A stretch of DNA of 64,000 nucleotides from a virus. Position numbers and translations under genes: made by a program. The DNA is taken from the IMG/VR virus record IMGVR_UViG_3300034071_001262; one strand, written 5' to 3'. The notes below the pieces were generated by a model. It ran no database searches. It saw only the letters and a list, made by a program, of their open reading frames with translations, and had not been told where the DNA came from. Numbering within the stretch: the first letter of the stretch is position 1; each line of letters opens with the position of its first letter. This document shows, one piece after another, positions 27,170-37,470 of this stretch.

Positions 27170-27212
27170 ACTTAGAGAAGTCTAGGGTTTTGATTAATTT
27201 TTAGGAGGTATT

Positions 27213-27542
27213 ATGTTAAACAATAGAATTATACTGAAGGGAAATTTGACTAAAGATCCAGAATATAAGACTGTTTCCGATAAGGAACTAGTCACATTTA
27301 GAATTGCTGTTAATGAATCTCTTGGAAATGGTAAAGAGGAAACCGTTTATCTTGATGTAGATGGATGGGGTAGTCATGCAGAGTATTCTAGAAATGTGGA
27401 GCTATCTAAGGGCGATAGAGTAATTATTGATGGTCGCCTAAGACAGCGTGATTGGGAAGACAAAGAAGGAAATAGCAGAACATCATATAGCGTTCTACCA
27501 AGTACCTTCTCTAAAGTTGTAAAGCCAAGTTTATCAAAGTGA
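27213..27542 (+). CDS. ssb: single-stranded DNA-binding protein (no acidic tail)
   Basis: NRIILKGNLTKDPE, FRIAVN, KGD.V..DGRLRQRDWEDKEG; AGGAGG RBS. Confidence 0.9.
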   Translation: MLNNRIILKGNLTKDPEYKTVSDKELVTFRIAVNESLGNGKEETVYLDVDGWGSHAEYSRNVELSKGDRVIIDGRLRQRDWEDKEGNSRTSYSVLPSTFSKVVKPSLSK

Positions 27543-27548
27543 GTTCAT

Positions 27549-27585
27549 TGAGGTTCGTTGCCGCCTTCGGGCGGCACGAACTTCA
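27549..27585 (+). terminator. C(UUCG)G hairpin after ssb
   Basis: TGCCGCC-TTCG-GGCGGCA with extended TGAGGTTCG/CGAACTTCA. Confidence 0.75.
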
Positions 27586-27593
27586 TTATTAAT

Positions 27594-27797
27594 ATGAGCA
27601 TTAATAGTATAATTTCAAAATTAAACGCTATAGATCAACAAATGTCGGTTCTATCAGAACGACAATATCAACCACAAATTAGTGCTTCTGATCAAAGAGA
27701 GATTCTGAAAAGAAAAAAGAAGCTAGAAAAAGATCAGAAAAAATTACTTAAAAGACTTCAAGCAATAAAAAATGGAAATAATGATAACTATGAATAA
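27594..27797 (+). CDS. hypothetical coiled-coil protein
   Basis: ORF after the hairpin. Confidence 0.55.
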   Translation: MSINSIISKLNAIDQQMSVLSERQYQPQISASDQREILKRKKKLEKDQKKLLKRLQAIKNGNNDNYE

Positions 27798-28047
27798 GAA
27801 TCATCGACAAGCGAAACATGAAAGAAGGCGTAGACTAGCACTAAAGAAAAGAGCAGAAAAAGATACTAATAAACTAGAGAGAGAAATAGAAAAAATCCAA
27901 AATAAAAATACACATATTGTAAAAGAAAGTTCTGAAAAGGAACATAGAAGAATTGCACTCTCTATGTTGCCTAAAGAAAAGATACAAATTACCAATATTA
28001 AAGAATATAGAAAAACACGAAAAAAGAAATTTAAGGGCGTAAAATGA
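27772..28047 (+). CDS. hypothetical basic protein
   Basis: K/R-rich ORF; start uncertain. Confidence 0.55.
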   Translation: MEIMITMNKNHRQAKHERRRRLALKKRAEKDTNKLEREIEKIQNKNTHIVKESSEKEHRRIALSMLPKEKIQITNIKEYRKTRKKKFKGVK

Positions 28048-28436
28048 GTAATGCTGGCTTTGCAAATTCTAGTGGTGCTATTATATATTTAATTTTATTA
28101 TTGCTGCCAACCACCCTATGTTTGGCTACACCATTAATTAATAAATTATATTCTAGAAATTATATTCGACAGACATGTAATGCTTCAAATACAGTCTATA
28201 AGACGATATATGTTGAAAAACCAGCTAAGATCAACAAAACTGTAAGACTTAATAATGAAAAACAACTAGAAACTTCTGCTGAATTACTTACAAATACTAG
28301 GCAGGCATTAGTAAAATTGGGATATAGGGTTAGAGATGCGAAGTCTGTAATAGAAAAAATGTGTAAAAATAAATGCTACACAGATGAGGTAAGTCTGATA
28401 CGTGACTGTGTATCATATACACACAAAAATAAATAG
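28044..28436 (+). CDS. membrane-anchored protein with RuvA C-terminal-like domain
   Basis: N-terminal hydrophobic helix; QALVKLGYRVRDAKSVI. Confidence 0.55.
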   Translation: MSNAGFANSSGAIIYLILLLLPTTLCLATPLINKLYSRNYIRQTCNASNTVYKTIYVEKPAKINKTVRLNNEKQLETSAELLTNTRQALVKLGYRVRDAKSVIEKMCKNKCYTDEVSLIRDCVSYTHKNK

Positions 28437-28445
28437 GAGAAAATC

Positions 28446-29360
28446 ATGCCACTACCAAAAAGAGGGGAAAAAGAAACAAGGGAACAATTCATGTCAAGAT
28501 GCATGAGTGATGAAACAGTACAAAAAGATTTCCCAAATCAAGACCAAAGAGTGGCAGTTTGCATGAGTAATGCTGGATTTAATGCAAAGTCTATGGATAC
28601 AGTAGATTTTGCATATAATTATGAAACATTTGGCTTTACTGAAGACTTAAATGAAGATAATTTTTATACCCCACTAGAGTGCGAATATGTTGATTTAGGC
28701 GAACAAACACAAGAATGGGATATTTCTAAAGAAAATGCAAGTTTATGGGAAAATATACGTAAGAAAAAGGAAAGAGAAGGAAAAAACTATAAGCCAGCAC
28801 AACCCGGAGATAAAGATAGACCAACTAAACAAGCTTGGAAGCAAGCAAAGTCTGACAGCGGAGATGCAATGGCTATAGAGCAATTGCAAAAAATGCATGA
28901 CCAATTGATGGGCATAGTATCAAAAATAAAAATGATGGATATTAAATTTCAAGATTGGACCAAAGATATGATATCTAAGGCAGAAATATATGTACAAAAT
29001 GTTTATGATTTTGTTTCATATTATGAGCCGGGTAAATATGAAGATGAATATGTGGAAGAGCCTTCAGAGCTTGAGGATGAGGATGAGGATATGGAAGATG
29101 ACAGTGCATATGCCTCTGAGTATCAAGGAAGAAAAGTCACATTAAATAAACCATTTAGAACACCAAAAGGTCCAAAAAAGTTTAGTGTTTATGTCAAAAA
29201 TGATAAAGGTAATGTAGTCAAAGTAAATTTTGGTGACCCAAATATGGAAATTAAAAGAGATATTCCAGCTAGGCGTAAAAGCTTTAGAGCAAGACATCAA
29301 TGCGATACTAATCCGGGTCCAAAGTGGAAAGCAAGATATTGGTCATGCAAAATGTGGTGA
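28446..29360 (+). CDS. modular phage protein (possible head-associated)
   Basis: MPLPK..E..EQFMSRCM, LWENIRKK, EYQGRKVTLNKPFR...ARYWSCKMW modules recur in large phages. Confidence 0.7.
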   Translation: MPLPKRGEKETREQFMSRCMSDETVQKDFPNQDQRVAVCMSNAGFNAKSMDTVDFAYNYETFGFTEDLNEDNFYTPLECEYVDLGEQTQEWDISKENASLWENIRKKKEREGKNYKPAQPGDKDRPTKQAWKQAKSDSGDAMAIEQLQKMHDQLMGIVSKIKMMDIKFQDWTKDMISKAEIYVQNVYDFVSYYEPGKYEDEYVEEPSELEDEDEDMEDDSAYASEYQGRKVTLNKPFRTPKGPKKFSVYVKNDKGNVVKVNFGDPNMEIKRDIPARRKSFRARHQCDTNPGPKWKARYWSCKMW

Positions 29361-29363
29361 CAT

Positions 29364-29783
29364 ATGAAAAAAAGAAATATACTTAAAGCAGTAGAAAATC
29401 AAATAGTTTGTCCAAAATCTACACAAGATATTAGCATCAATCTACAAAATAGACAAATATGTGTGGATAAGGCTAATTATGGTCCAGCAAATCCATCATT
29501 AAATGATGAACAGTTTTGGCAAAAAAAGGCTTTATTATTTAAAACATCCATTGAAAATGCAAAAACAATGAGATGTGCAAATTGTGCAGCTTTTATAAAA
29601 ACAGAAAAAATGTTAAACTGTATACATAAAGGAATAGCTGAACTATCCGAAGAAGAGCAAGAACTAAAGATAGCAGAGGAAATAACAGATAAAGCTAATC
29701 TTGGATACTGTGAACTATTTGATTTTAAATGTGCTGGTGATAGAACTTGTGATGCTTGGATTACTGGTGGTCCAATAACCTAG
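29364..29783 (+). CDS. conserved phage hypothetical protein (Cys-rich)
   Basis: CANCAAF...GYCELFDFKCAGDRTCDAW. Confidence 0.7.
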   Translation: MKKRNILKAVENQIVCPKSTQDISINLQNRQICVDKANYGPANPSLNDEQFWQKKALLFKTSIENAKTMRCANCAAFIKTEKMLNCIHKGIAELSEEEQELKIAEEITDKANLGYCELFDFKCAGDRTCDAWITGGPIT

Positions 29784-29809
29784 TATTAATTATAGAAATA
29801 AATATAAAA

Positions 29810-30259
29810 ATGATTAACAAGTTTATTCAACTAATGTCAGAATATAACAAGTCTGATGCTTTACAATATGGGAAACCCGGCCCAAAAGATCCAAGAAAAA
29901 CACCAGCACCTAAGAAGGATCAAAAAAGGGGTTCCAAAAAAAATCCACCAAAGAGTGCTGATAAACCAAATACCAAGATAGATTTTAGTAAGGATGTTGA
30001 AGATCAACTTAAAAGTATGGTAGCAGAGCATAATAAAAAGAATAAAGGTAGCAAAGCCACCCTTGGTATGTTAAAAACAGTATATAGAAGAGGAGCAGGA
30101 GCGTTTAGTACAAGCCATCATCCAAAGATGAGTAGACATGGATGGGCTATAGCAAGAATAAAAGCCTTTCTTTATCTCTTAAGAAATGGTAGACCGTCTA
30201 ATCCAAACTATAAACAGGATAATGATTTATTACCAAGTGGACATCCAAAGAAAAAATAA
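29810..30259 (+). CDS. basic phage hypothetical protein
   Basis: LKTVYRRGAGAF...WAIARIKAFL...DNDLLP.GHP. Confidence 0.7.
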   Translation: MINKFIQLMSEYNKSDALQYGKPGPKDPRKTPAPKKDQKRGSKKNPPKSADKPNTKIDFSKDVEDQLKSMVAEHNKKNKGSKATLGMLKTVYRRGAGAFSTSHHPKMSRHGWAIARIKAFLYLLRNGRPSNPNYKQDNDLLPSGHPKKK

Positions 30260-30280
30260 TATATACGTGGAATATATATA

Positions 30281-31111
30281 ATGCTTAATATCGGCTCTAA
30301 TGAAATAAAAAAAATATACTTTAGCTCTCAAGAAGTGCAAAAAATATATGGTGGCTCATTATTAATTCCAACACAATCAACCACCACTACAACAACCACT
30401 GCTGCTCCAACAACCACAACCACAACCACTGCGGCACCAACCACCACAACAACCTCAACTACTACTACCACTGCGGCACCATTTTCACCAATGGCAGTTA
30501 TGCTAACAACTGGTTCTTCATATACAGTACCAACTGGTGCCACCACTATGAAAGCATGGGCTATTGGAAGTGGTGGAAACTACGAAAAGGGGGCTGGTGG
30601 AACAGCATATAAAACTTGGAATGTTAATGGCGGCTCTTCTGTAGCTTATACAGTTGGTGCTGCTGTTAATAATGCTAATTATGGCTCATTTGGTAATAAT
30701 ACAACAATAACATATGATAACACAACCATTACCGGCTGTGGTGGAGGTAGGTTAATTAGTGGATTTGGATTCAATGGTGGTGACGGTGGCGCTAACGGTG
30801 GGGGTGGAGGATATCAAGGTGGTGGAGAATACGCTAACGGAGCAGTTGGTGGAAATACTCCACAGGGTGTGGGTAGGCCAGTATTTAAAGCAACAGATAT
30901 AGACGGCCTATTTGCCGTATTAAATCTATTAGGAATAGATCCAACTACATACGTTAATTATAATTATGATATGACTAATCCAAATGTATTTGGTGCTGGT
31001 ACTAAATTTGATAAGTATGGAAGTTTTGCCTCTGGCGGTATAGGCGGCGGTAATGGATTCGGCACAGTAGAAACTAGAGAAACTGGAGCAGTAATACTTT
31101 ACTTTACATAA
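30281..31111 (+). CDS. Thr-rich, Gly-rich protein (putative virion fibre/decoration)
   Basis: (T)nAAP mucin-like repeats followed by a glycine-rich domain. Confidence 0.65.
   Translation: MLNIGSNEIKKIYFSSQEVQKIYGGSLLIPTQSTTTTTTTAAPTTTTTTTAAPTTTTTSTTTTTAAPFSPMAVMLTTGSSYTVPTGATTMKAWAIGSGGNYEKGAGGTAYKTWNVNGGSSVAYTVGAAVNNANYGSFGNNTTITYDNTTITGCGGGRLISGFGFNGGDGGANGGGGGYQGGGEYANGAVGGNTPQGVGRPVFKATDIDGLFAVLNLLGIDPTTYVNYNYDMTNPNVFGAGTKFDKYGSFASGGIGGGNGFGTVETRETGAVILYFT
30378..30480 (+). repeat. coding tandem repeat, three Thr-run+AAP units
   Basis: ACN codon runs with GCN GCN CCA. Confidence 0.85.
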
Positions 31112-31113
31112 TC

Positions 31114-31590
31114 ATGCCAAGCATATTAACAAGCCCGAATGGAAATAGTATAATTCTAATTCCTCGCAGTGGATCGCACTCAATAGCAATGGCTATGTTA
31201 CAGTCCTTTTATCCAGATATAGAAATAACAGATTCATATCATCCTGCTTATTTTTATCCAATTAGCCAAGACAATGGTCAAAAATGTGTTATTGTTAGAA
31301 ATCCAATTGAAAGATTTCGATCTATGGTGGCTCATGGAAATAGAACAGTTGAAGAACAATTAGAAAATCCAATATACGGCTGCGAGTTCTGCCATATTAC
31401 AAATTATGACAGAGCATTTTTATTTGAAACGCAATTACAAGATTGCGCAAATTGGCTTGGAATTACAGTGCCATTGCCACATTTGGATGCTAGTGAAAAT
31501 AAACCTATTTTAACGCCAGAACAAGAAAATAGAGTTCGTGAAATATATGCAATAGATATTGAATTATGGGAGTCATTGATGAATCCATAA
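31114..31590 (+). CDS. sulfotransferase-like protein
   Basis: IPRSGSHSI (5'-PSB loop) and VRNPIERFRS (3'-PB motif). Confidence 0.7.
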   Translation: MPSILTSPNGNSIILIPRSGSHSIAMAMLQSFYPDIEITDSYHPAYFYPISQDNGQKCVIVRNPIERFRSMVAHGNRTVEEQLENPIYGCEFCHITNYDRAFLFETQLQDCANWLGITVPLPHLDASENKPILTPEQENRVREIYAIDIELWESLMNP

Positions 31591-31594
31591 TTTT

Positions 31595-32464
31595 ATGAGT
31601 CAAAAATTATTAACAATTGGTATGGCAACATATGATGATTATGATGGAGTATTTTTTACAATACAAAGTTTAAGAATGTATCATGAAATCTGTAACACAG
31701 ATTCTGTAGAATATATTGTTTTAGATAATAATCCAAATAGCGAAAGCGGAAAAGTTACAAAAAAATTTGTTGAAAACGGATTAAATCAACTTGGTAAATA
31801 CATACCAAAAGAAGATAAAAGTTCTAGTTTTAACAAATATGAAATAGTAAAACATGCTATTGGAAAATATGTTCTTATTATTGATTGTCATGTTTTATTA
31901 GTTAAAGGCGCTATTAATTCGTTATTAAATTATTATGCAGAAAATAAGGATTGTAAGAACTTGATACAGGGACCGTTGATTTATGATGATCTAAAAAATT
32001 TTTCTACTCATTTTGATCCCAATTGGAGCGGAGATATGTACGGAACATGGGCTACTGATCATGAAAAATATAAATCTAATAAACCATTTGAGATACTAAT
32101 GCATGGTATGGGTTTGTGTTCTTTTGAAAAGAAAAACTGGCCGGGAATATGTGAACACTTTAAAGGATTTGGTGGAGAAGAAGGATATATAGCAGAAAAA
32201 TTTAGAAGAAATGGTGGCAAAAATATATGCTTGCCACAACTTGGATGGGTACATAGATTTGGAAGACCGCTTGGTGTAAAATATCCATTAATACTTGAAG
32301 ATAGGATATGGAATTATTTTGTTGGATGGCTAGAATTAACTCAAGATCCAGATCATGAAATGATAAAACAAATTTTCTCATATTTTAAATCAAGAATACC
32401 AGAAAGCTCTATAGAAAACATATTTAATTCCGCTCTAAATATAATCAAACTAAAAAATGAATAG
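31595..32464 (+). CDS. glycosyltransferase family 2-like
   Basis: LTIGMATYDD, IVLDN, GKYVLIIDCH, GFGGEE. Confidence 0.8.
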   Translation: MSQKLLTIGMATYDDYDGVFFTIQSLRMYHEICNTDSVEYIVLDNNPNSESGKVTKKFVENGLNQLGKYIPKEDKSSSFNKYEIVKHAIGKYVLIIDCHVLLVKGAINSLLNYYAENKDCKNLIQGPLIYDDLKNFSTHFDPNWSGDMYGTWATDHEKYKSNKPFEILMHGMGLCSFEKKNWPGICEHFKGFGGEEGYIAEKFRRNGGKNICLPQLGWVHRFGRPLGVKYPLILEDRIWNYFVGWLELTQDPDHEMIKQIFSYFKSRIPESSIENIFNSALNIIKLKNE

Positions 32465-33728
32465 AAGAAATATATTACAGCTTGGCGCATTGAGTTGTAT
32501 TGGTATTAATAATACTAATTATTCAATGTTAATTGCAGATGATAACATTGCTACAGAAGCAAAAGCAAAATCTGTAATTTACATATATTTACCCGGTGGA
32601 TTTTCTACCCAAGAAACATTTGATCCTAAACCATTTGCCCCAGCAGAATACAGGGGGCCACTATCATCAATAGATACTTCAATTACTGGAATTAAATTTA
32701 GCGAATTATTGAAAGATACTGCCAAGATTGCAGATAAGATAACAGTAATACGATCTATGAACCATAATGAGGCAGCACATGAACGTGGAACACACAATAT
32801 GTTTACCGGATGGCGACCATCGCCAGCAATACAATACCCCAGTATTGGTTCTATAGTGGGTCATGAATTAGGTGGAAAAAACAATCTACCACCCTATATT
32901 ACAGTACCAAATGTACCTAATGAATTCGCTGGTGCCGGTTATTTAAGTCATTCATATTCTTCTTTTAGTCTTGGTGGAAATCCAGAAGATCCCAATTTTA
33001 AAGTAAGAGATCTAAGATTGCCAGAAGGAATATCGATACAAAGATTTGATAAAAGAAAAAAAATGTTGGAGGTCGTCAATAAAAATTTTGATGCAACACA
33101 AAAATCTGATGCTTTAGTTGCCATGAATTCATTTTATGAAAATGCTTTTGAGCTAATGGATTCTAATGCGGCTATAGAGGCATTTGATTTATCATTAGAA
33201 AAAGATGAAACAAAAGAAACATATGGCAAGAATTCTGCTGGCATGAGGATGTTATTATCAAGAAGGCTAGTAGAAGCTGGAGTAAGATTTATAACAATGA
33301 CATATGGTGGATGGGATCATCATGATAATATTGCTACTAATATGCAAACTCAATTACCACCTTTTGATAAAGCATTTTCAAGTTTAATACTTGATTTAGA
33401 ATCAAGAGGATTATTAGAATCTACATTGGTAGTAGTTGGAACAGAGTTTGGAAGAACACCAAAAATAAATCCAACTGCCGGAAGAGATCATTGGCCCAAG
33501 CTATATAGTGGAATAATGGCTGGTGGCGGTATAAAATCTGGAATAGTATATGGATCTAGCAATGATACGGCCACTGATCCACTAGATAATCCTGTGTCAG
33601 TAGAAGATTGGGCCTCGACTATATATACACTACTTGGTATTAATCCAGAAAAACATATTATGGCTCCCGGCAATAGACCTGTAAAAATAGTAGATGGCGG
33701 AAAACCAATATTAGAAATAATTGTATGA
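32457..33728 (+). CDS. DUF1501 family protein with Tat-like signal
   Basis: MNRRNIL; AKSVIYIYLPGG..QETFDPKP; GWDHH; EFGRTPKIN; GRDHWP. Confidence 0.93.
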   Translation: MNRRNILQLGALSCIGINNTNYSMLIADDNIATEAKAKSVIYIYLPGGFSTQETFDPKPFAPAEYRGPLSSIDTSITGIKFSELLKDTAKIADKITVIRSMNHNEAAHERGTHNMFTGWRPSPAIQYPSIGSIVGHELGGKNNLPPYITVPNVPNEFAGAGYLSHSYSSFSLGGNPEDPNFKVRDLRLPEGISIQRFDKRKKMLEVVNKNFDATQKSDALVAMNSFYENAFELMDSNAAIEAFDLSLEKDETKETYGKNSAGMRMLLSRRLVEAGVRFITMTYGGWDHHDNIATNMQTQLPPFDKAFSSLILDLESRGLLESTLVVVGTEFGRTPKINPTAGRDHWPKLYSGIMAGGGIKSGIVYGSSNDTATDPLDNPVSVEDWASTIYTLLGINPEKHIMAPGNRPVKIVDGGKPILEIIV

Positions 33729-34060
33729 CACTTGTTAGATTCTTAAATACTTTTCTTTGTATATTAGTATTTGCTGGCTTGACATCAAAATATTGTATTG
33801 CGGATGATTTATATATTTTTAGTGCCAAATGGTGTCCTTCCTGTGTTAATTTAAAAAAATTTCTAGATGATAATACAGATCTACATGACATATACAATAT
33901 TGTGATTATCGATATAGATGAATCACCAGATCTAAAAAAACATTTTAAAATTAGAGTTGTGCCAACTACTATCATTCTAAATGATGATTCTTTAGAAGTA
34001 GCAAGAATAACTGGATACGACAATTCTTATCAGAACAGACTAAAAAAATTAATGAAATAA
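33725..34060 (+). CDS. thioredoxin-like protein with signal peptide
   Basis: WCPSC; VPT cis-Pro loop; hydrophobic N-terminus. Confidence 0.85.
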   Translation: MTLVRFLNTFLCILVFAGLTSKYCIADDLYIFSAKWCPSCVNLKKFLDDNTDLHDIYNIVIIDIDESPDLKKHFKIRVVPTTIILNDDSLEVARITGYDNSYQNRLKKLMK

Positions 34061-34071
34061 GGGAAAATAAA

Positions 34072-34935
34072 TTGGATATTGAAATCTTTGCTATCAATGA
34101 AACCAAGAAAAATAATCAACCAAAACAACTAGTACTAAATAATAAACAATATAAATTAGCTATTGATAGTTTTAAACACGAAATATCATATTACGAATTA
34201 TCTGCTCAAATACATAAAATAAGTATTGATGATTTACCTAGCCAAGTAAAATCTAGTATTGTTATTATAGTTGATAATACATTTTATGTAGAAGATGATT
34301 ACTTAAATAAGATCATTTCTATTAATAATTTATTAAGAGATGGTGGTATATTCTGTGGCCCAACTAATACACATACACACGCCTCACTTAATAATGGTAT
34401 CCATAAGATAAATCAAAAATATCAAAGATATAATCTTGATAATGGTCATAATGTTATATCAGATCTTACTGAAGAAATACATCTATATCCAGATTTATTA
34501 TACTGTGCCATATCTGGAAGAGCCTATAATGATTTTTCCTATAGGCCAGTAATTTCATATAGACATAAAAATATAAGTAATAAATTATTTATAGCACAAA
34601 TGGCTAATAGATATCGTGTTTATTATTGTAGTACACTGAGTAAAATAAAATATCTAGATGAAATAGATTTTTCAATGGAAAAGATATCTGATTTTTATTA
34701 TGATTCTGGATACCAAGATGGATTATTAGTCAGCAATAAAAACTTAGATGAAAAAAGAAAAGAATTGTGGCATAGATTTGTAGAGTCTCCAGAAATGCTA
34801 GATAATGAAATGCCAAGATGGCTATTAGATTCAAATCCAGACATGGATGGTGATTATTTGGAAAATTTGGTTATATGTAAGTGTAAATATCAAATAGGAT
34901 TTTATGAGGGGATGCTATCTAGAAAACTGATATGA
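34072..34935 (+). CDS. hypothetical protein, possibly a degenerate GT2
   Basis: IVD..FYVEDDYL in a glycosylation cluster. Confidence 0.5.
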   Translation: MDIEIFAINETKKNNQPKQLVLNNKQYKLAIDSFKHEISYYELSAQIHKISIDDLPSQVKSSIVIIVDNTFYVEDDYLNKIISINNLLRDGGIFCGPTNTHTHASLNNGIHKINQKYQRYNLDNGHNVISDLTEEIHLYPDLLYCAISGRAYNDFSYRPVISYRHKNISNKLFIAQMANRYRVYYCSTLSKIKYLDEIDFSMEKISDFYYDSGYQDGLLVSNKNLDEKRKELWHRFVESPEMLDNEMPRWLLDSNPDMDGDYLENLVICKCKYQIGFYEGMLSRKLI

Positions 34936-35897
34936 TTACAATTGATTTATCTAAGTCATCTGGATTTATACATCATAGATCTGGATGGCAGTTTTGTTTA
35001 AGCCAATTAAAAACACTACACTCACGTAGTGGTATTTTTTGTGATGACTTTATTGAAAGATCTTTTTCTTGGTATTTATACGATCATTTTCGTGGAAAAA
35101 GTATTCATAAAATACCATATAAGCATAAATGGATAGGTTTTTTGCATAACCCGCCAAATATGCCAAATTGGTTTAATTATTTTGATTCCCCAAATGCTAT
35201 ATTGAGTCGTCCAATTTTTCAAGAATCTTTAAAAACATGTAAGCTTTTAATTGTACTATCTAAGTATTTGAAAGAATGGCTTTCGTCGCGTGTTGATGTT
35301 CCAATAATAGATCTTAAGCATCCAACACAGATTCCAAAGTTAAAATGGTGTCCAGATAAATTTATACACCAGCGTTGCAAGCCAGTAATACAACTAGGAT
35401 ATTGGTTAAGAAAATTAGATTCACTACATAAATTAAATATAGGAACAGATTATACAAAAATCTGGCTTCCTAGTTCGTATGATTATACTTTAACTATGCT
35501 CGATGTATACAACAAAACAAATCCAGACGCCCATCAATCTAGATATATGTGGGCTGGAGTATCAATGTTAAAATTTCTAGAAGCCGATCAATTTGATGAA
35601 CTATTAACTAGGGGTGTAGTATTTTTGGATCTATATGATAGTTCTGCTAATAATGCGATCATAGAATCTATGTCTAGAAATACACCAATAATAGTAAATA
35701 AATTACCAGCAGTAGTTGAATATCTTGGTGCTGATTATCCATTATACTTTGATAATCTTTCTGAGGCTGAATCAAAAATAAGAAACACAGATTTAATCAT
35801 CGAAGCCCATGAATATCTAAAAAATATGCCTAAATACTTTTTAAGTGGCAGATATTTTGTCAATGATTTTAAGAAAAAGTTAGAGAATATATTATGA
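34932..35897 (+). CDS. putative glycosyltransferase (GT-B-like C-terminus)
   Basis: SSANNAIIESMSRNTPIIVN..PAVVEYLG. Confidence 0.55.
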   Translation: MITIDLSKSSGFIHHRSGWQFCLSQLKTLHSRSGIFCDDFIERSFSWYLYDHFRGKSIHKIPYKHKWIGFLHNPPNMPNWFNYFDSPNAILSRPIFQESLKTCKLLIVLSKYLKEWLSSRVDVPIIDLKHPTQIPKLKWCPDKFIHQRCKPVIQLGYWLRKLDSLHKLNIGTDYTKIWLPSSYDYTLTMLDVYNKTNPDAHQSRYMWAGVSMLKFLEADQFDELLTRGVVFLDLYDSSANNAIIESMSRNTPIIVNKLPAVVEYLGADYPLYFDNLSEAESKIRNTDLIIEAHEYLKNMPKYFLSGRYFVNDFKKKLENIL

Positions 35898-36622
35898 AGT
35901 TAATTTTTTCACCAGTTCCAAGATCTGGTTCAACAGCTTTATGTGAGTATATAGCATATTCATCTGAAAGTACTTTGTCTGTGGAACCATATAATCCAGA
36001 GTGCAATGAAAATAGACAAGTAACATTAAAAGATAAGTTCGAAGAAATACAAACATATGATATTATAAAAATATTAGGCTGGCCTCTAGATATATTAGAT
36101 AATTTTGAAATAATAGATGTGGCTGAAAAGATTATTTTTTTATATAGAGAAAGTGTCTTGGATACTATGCTATCTAATATTGTATCGATGACCTATTCTG
36201 GAGACTATAAAATATACGAAAAGCATAGACTAAAAAATAGTTTTCAAAATGATGTAGCTCAGTCTTTATTAAATGATTTTTATTCTGAAGTAAGACCACC
36301 AATCGACTTAAAAGAATTTGCTGTCTGTTATTTTGATTTCATAAAAAATATTCAATGTTATTACAATTATGTAAAATTTTATCATAGCAATAAAACCTTA
36401 ATAGTGAAATATGAGGATTTATATTCTGAAAATCAATCACTAGAACTAGATAAAATAATGCATTTTTTGAATTTGCAAGCAAAAAATATTGACAGTTTAT
36501 CGCTGATGGACGCATCAAATAAATTAAATAATTATGATACATATAAAAAAATTATACCAAATCTGGATGAAGTGATGAATTGGCATAAATGTTTAAATGA
36601 AAATGAGTGTTTATCAAAATGA
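35894..36622 (+). CDS. sulfotransferase (Stf0-like)
   Basis: PRSGSTAL, IFLYRE...S, YEDL. Confidence 0.7.
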   Translation: MKLIFSPVPRSGSTALCEYIAYSSESTLSVEPYNPECNENRQVTLKDKFEEIQTYDIIKILGWPLDILDNFEIIDVAEKIIFLYRESVLDTMLSNIVSMTYSGDYKIYEKHRLKNSFQNDVAQSLLNDFYSEVRPPIDLKEFAVCYFDFIKNIQCYYNYVKFYHSNKTLIVKYEDLYSENQSLELDKIMHFLNLQAKNIDSLSLMDASNKLNNYDTYKKIIPNLDEVMNWHKCLNENECLSK

Positions 36623-37470
36623 AAAACTCAATATATACATCATATGGATTTGGAGTATTGAATAATAAAGAAAATATAGATTGGGTTAACTTGCAAAAAA
36701 ATAAGATGATAGAATATTGCAAGAAACATGGACTTGCTTTTAATGTAATAGATGAAAAAAATAAATTCATGCAAATTATACTCAATAATTTTCAGACAGA
36801 TAAAAAACCTTCTTGTAAAGATTACAGTGTATATACATTAAGTGCAATAGCTGCAATATTGGATTTTTGTGATTCTGGTTATGACAATTTTTATTGGTTA
36901 CATTTAGATATGGCTATTAACTTAGATAATATTAATATCTTTGATATACTTAACATTGATAATAATCACGTTTATTGCTGGTCAAATAAAAAACCAACAC
37001 AAGAAGACAAGATTGGTTGGGCAAATACAAAAATCGAATGGCTAAAATACCTCATATCTAAAATCAATTTATCGCAAGATGAAGAATTTTACACATTATC
37101 TAATGCGTCTCTAATTTTTGCAAACAAACAATCAGCTATGTCGTTTAAGCAAATATTGCTAGAACATCTTGATATATTAAATATCAAAATAGAAACAAAA
37201 TGCATTGAGGAAACTATTTTAGAATTAGTGTATTACATATGTAAAAAGAAAAATTTAAATCTAAACATTAAGGAGTTTTGGGGGGCTAGAAAAACAGGTC
37301 CATATGCCCCAGCACAATTTTATGAAGAGTCATTTGATAATCTCTCCATAGATGAAACTGTAGACAAATATAAGAATGCGATATTTATACATTTTTGGGG
37401 TGAGAGCAAAAAACATATACCAGAATTTTATAGGCGAAAAAATGAAAATAATAATAACACTGTCTGGTAA
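36619..37470 (+). CDS. putative GT-A glycosyltransferase
   Basis: EYCKKHG, WLHLDM, FIHFWG. Confidence 0.5.
   Translation: MKNSIYTSYGFGVLNNKENIDWVNLQKNKMIEYCKKHGLAFNVIDEKNKFMQIILNNFQTDKKPSCKDYSVYTLSAIAAILDFCDSGYDNFYWLHLDMAINLDNINIFDILNIDNNHVYCWSNKKPTQEDKIGWANTKIEWLKYLISKINLSQDEEFYTLSNASLIFANKQSAMSFKQILLEHLDILNIKIETKCIEETILELVYYICKKKNLNLNIKEFWGARKTGPYAPAQFYEESFDNLSIDETVDKYKNAIFIHFWGESKKHIPEFYRRKNENNNNTVW

Noticed and set aside
30328-30546. Val-rich minus-strand ORF
   Set aside because: Antisense reading of the Thr repeat
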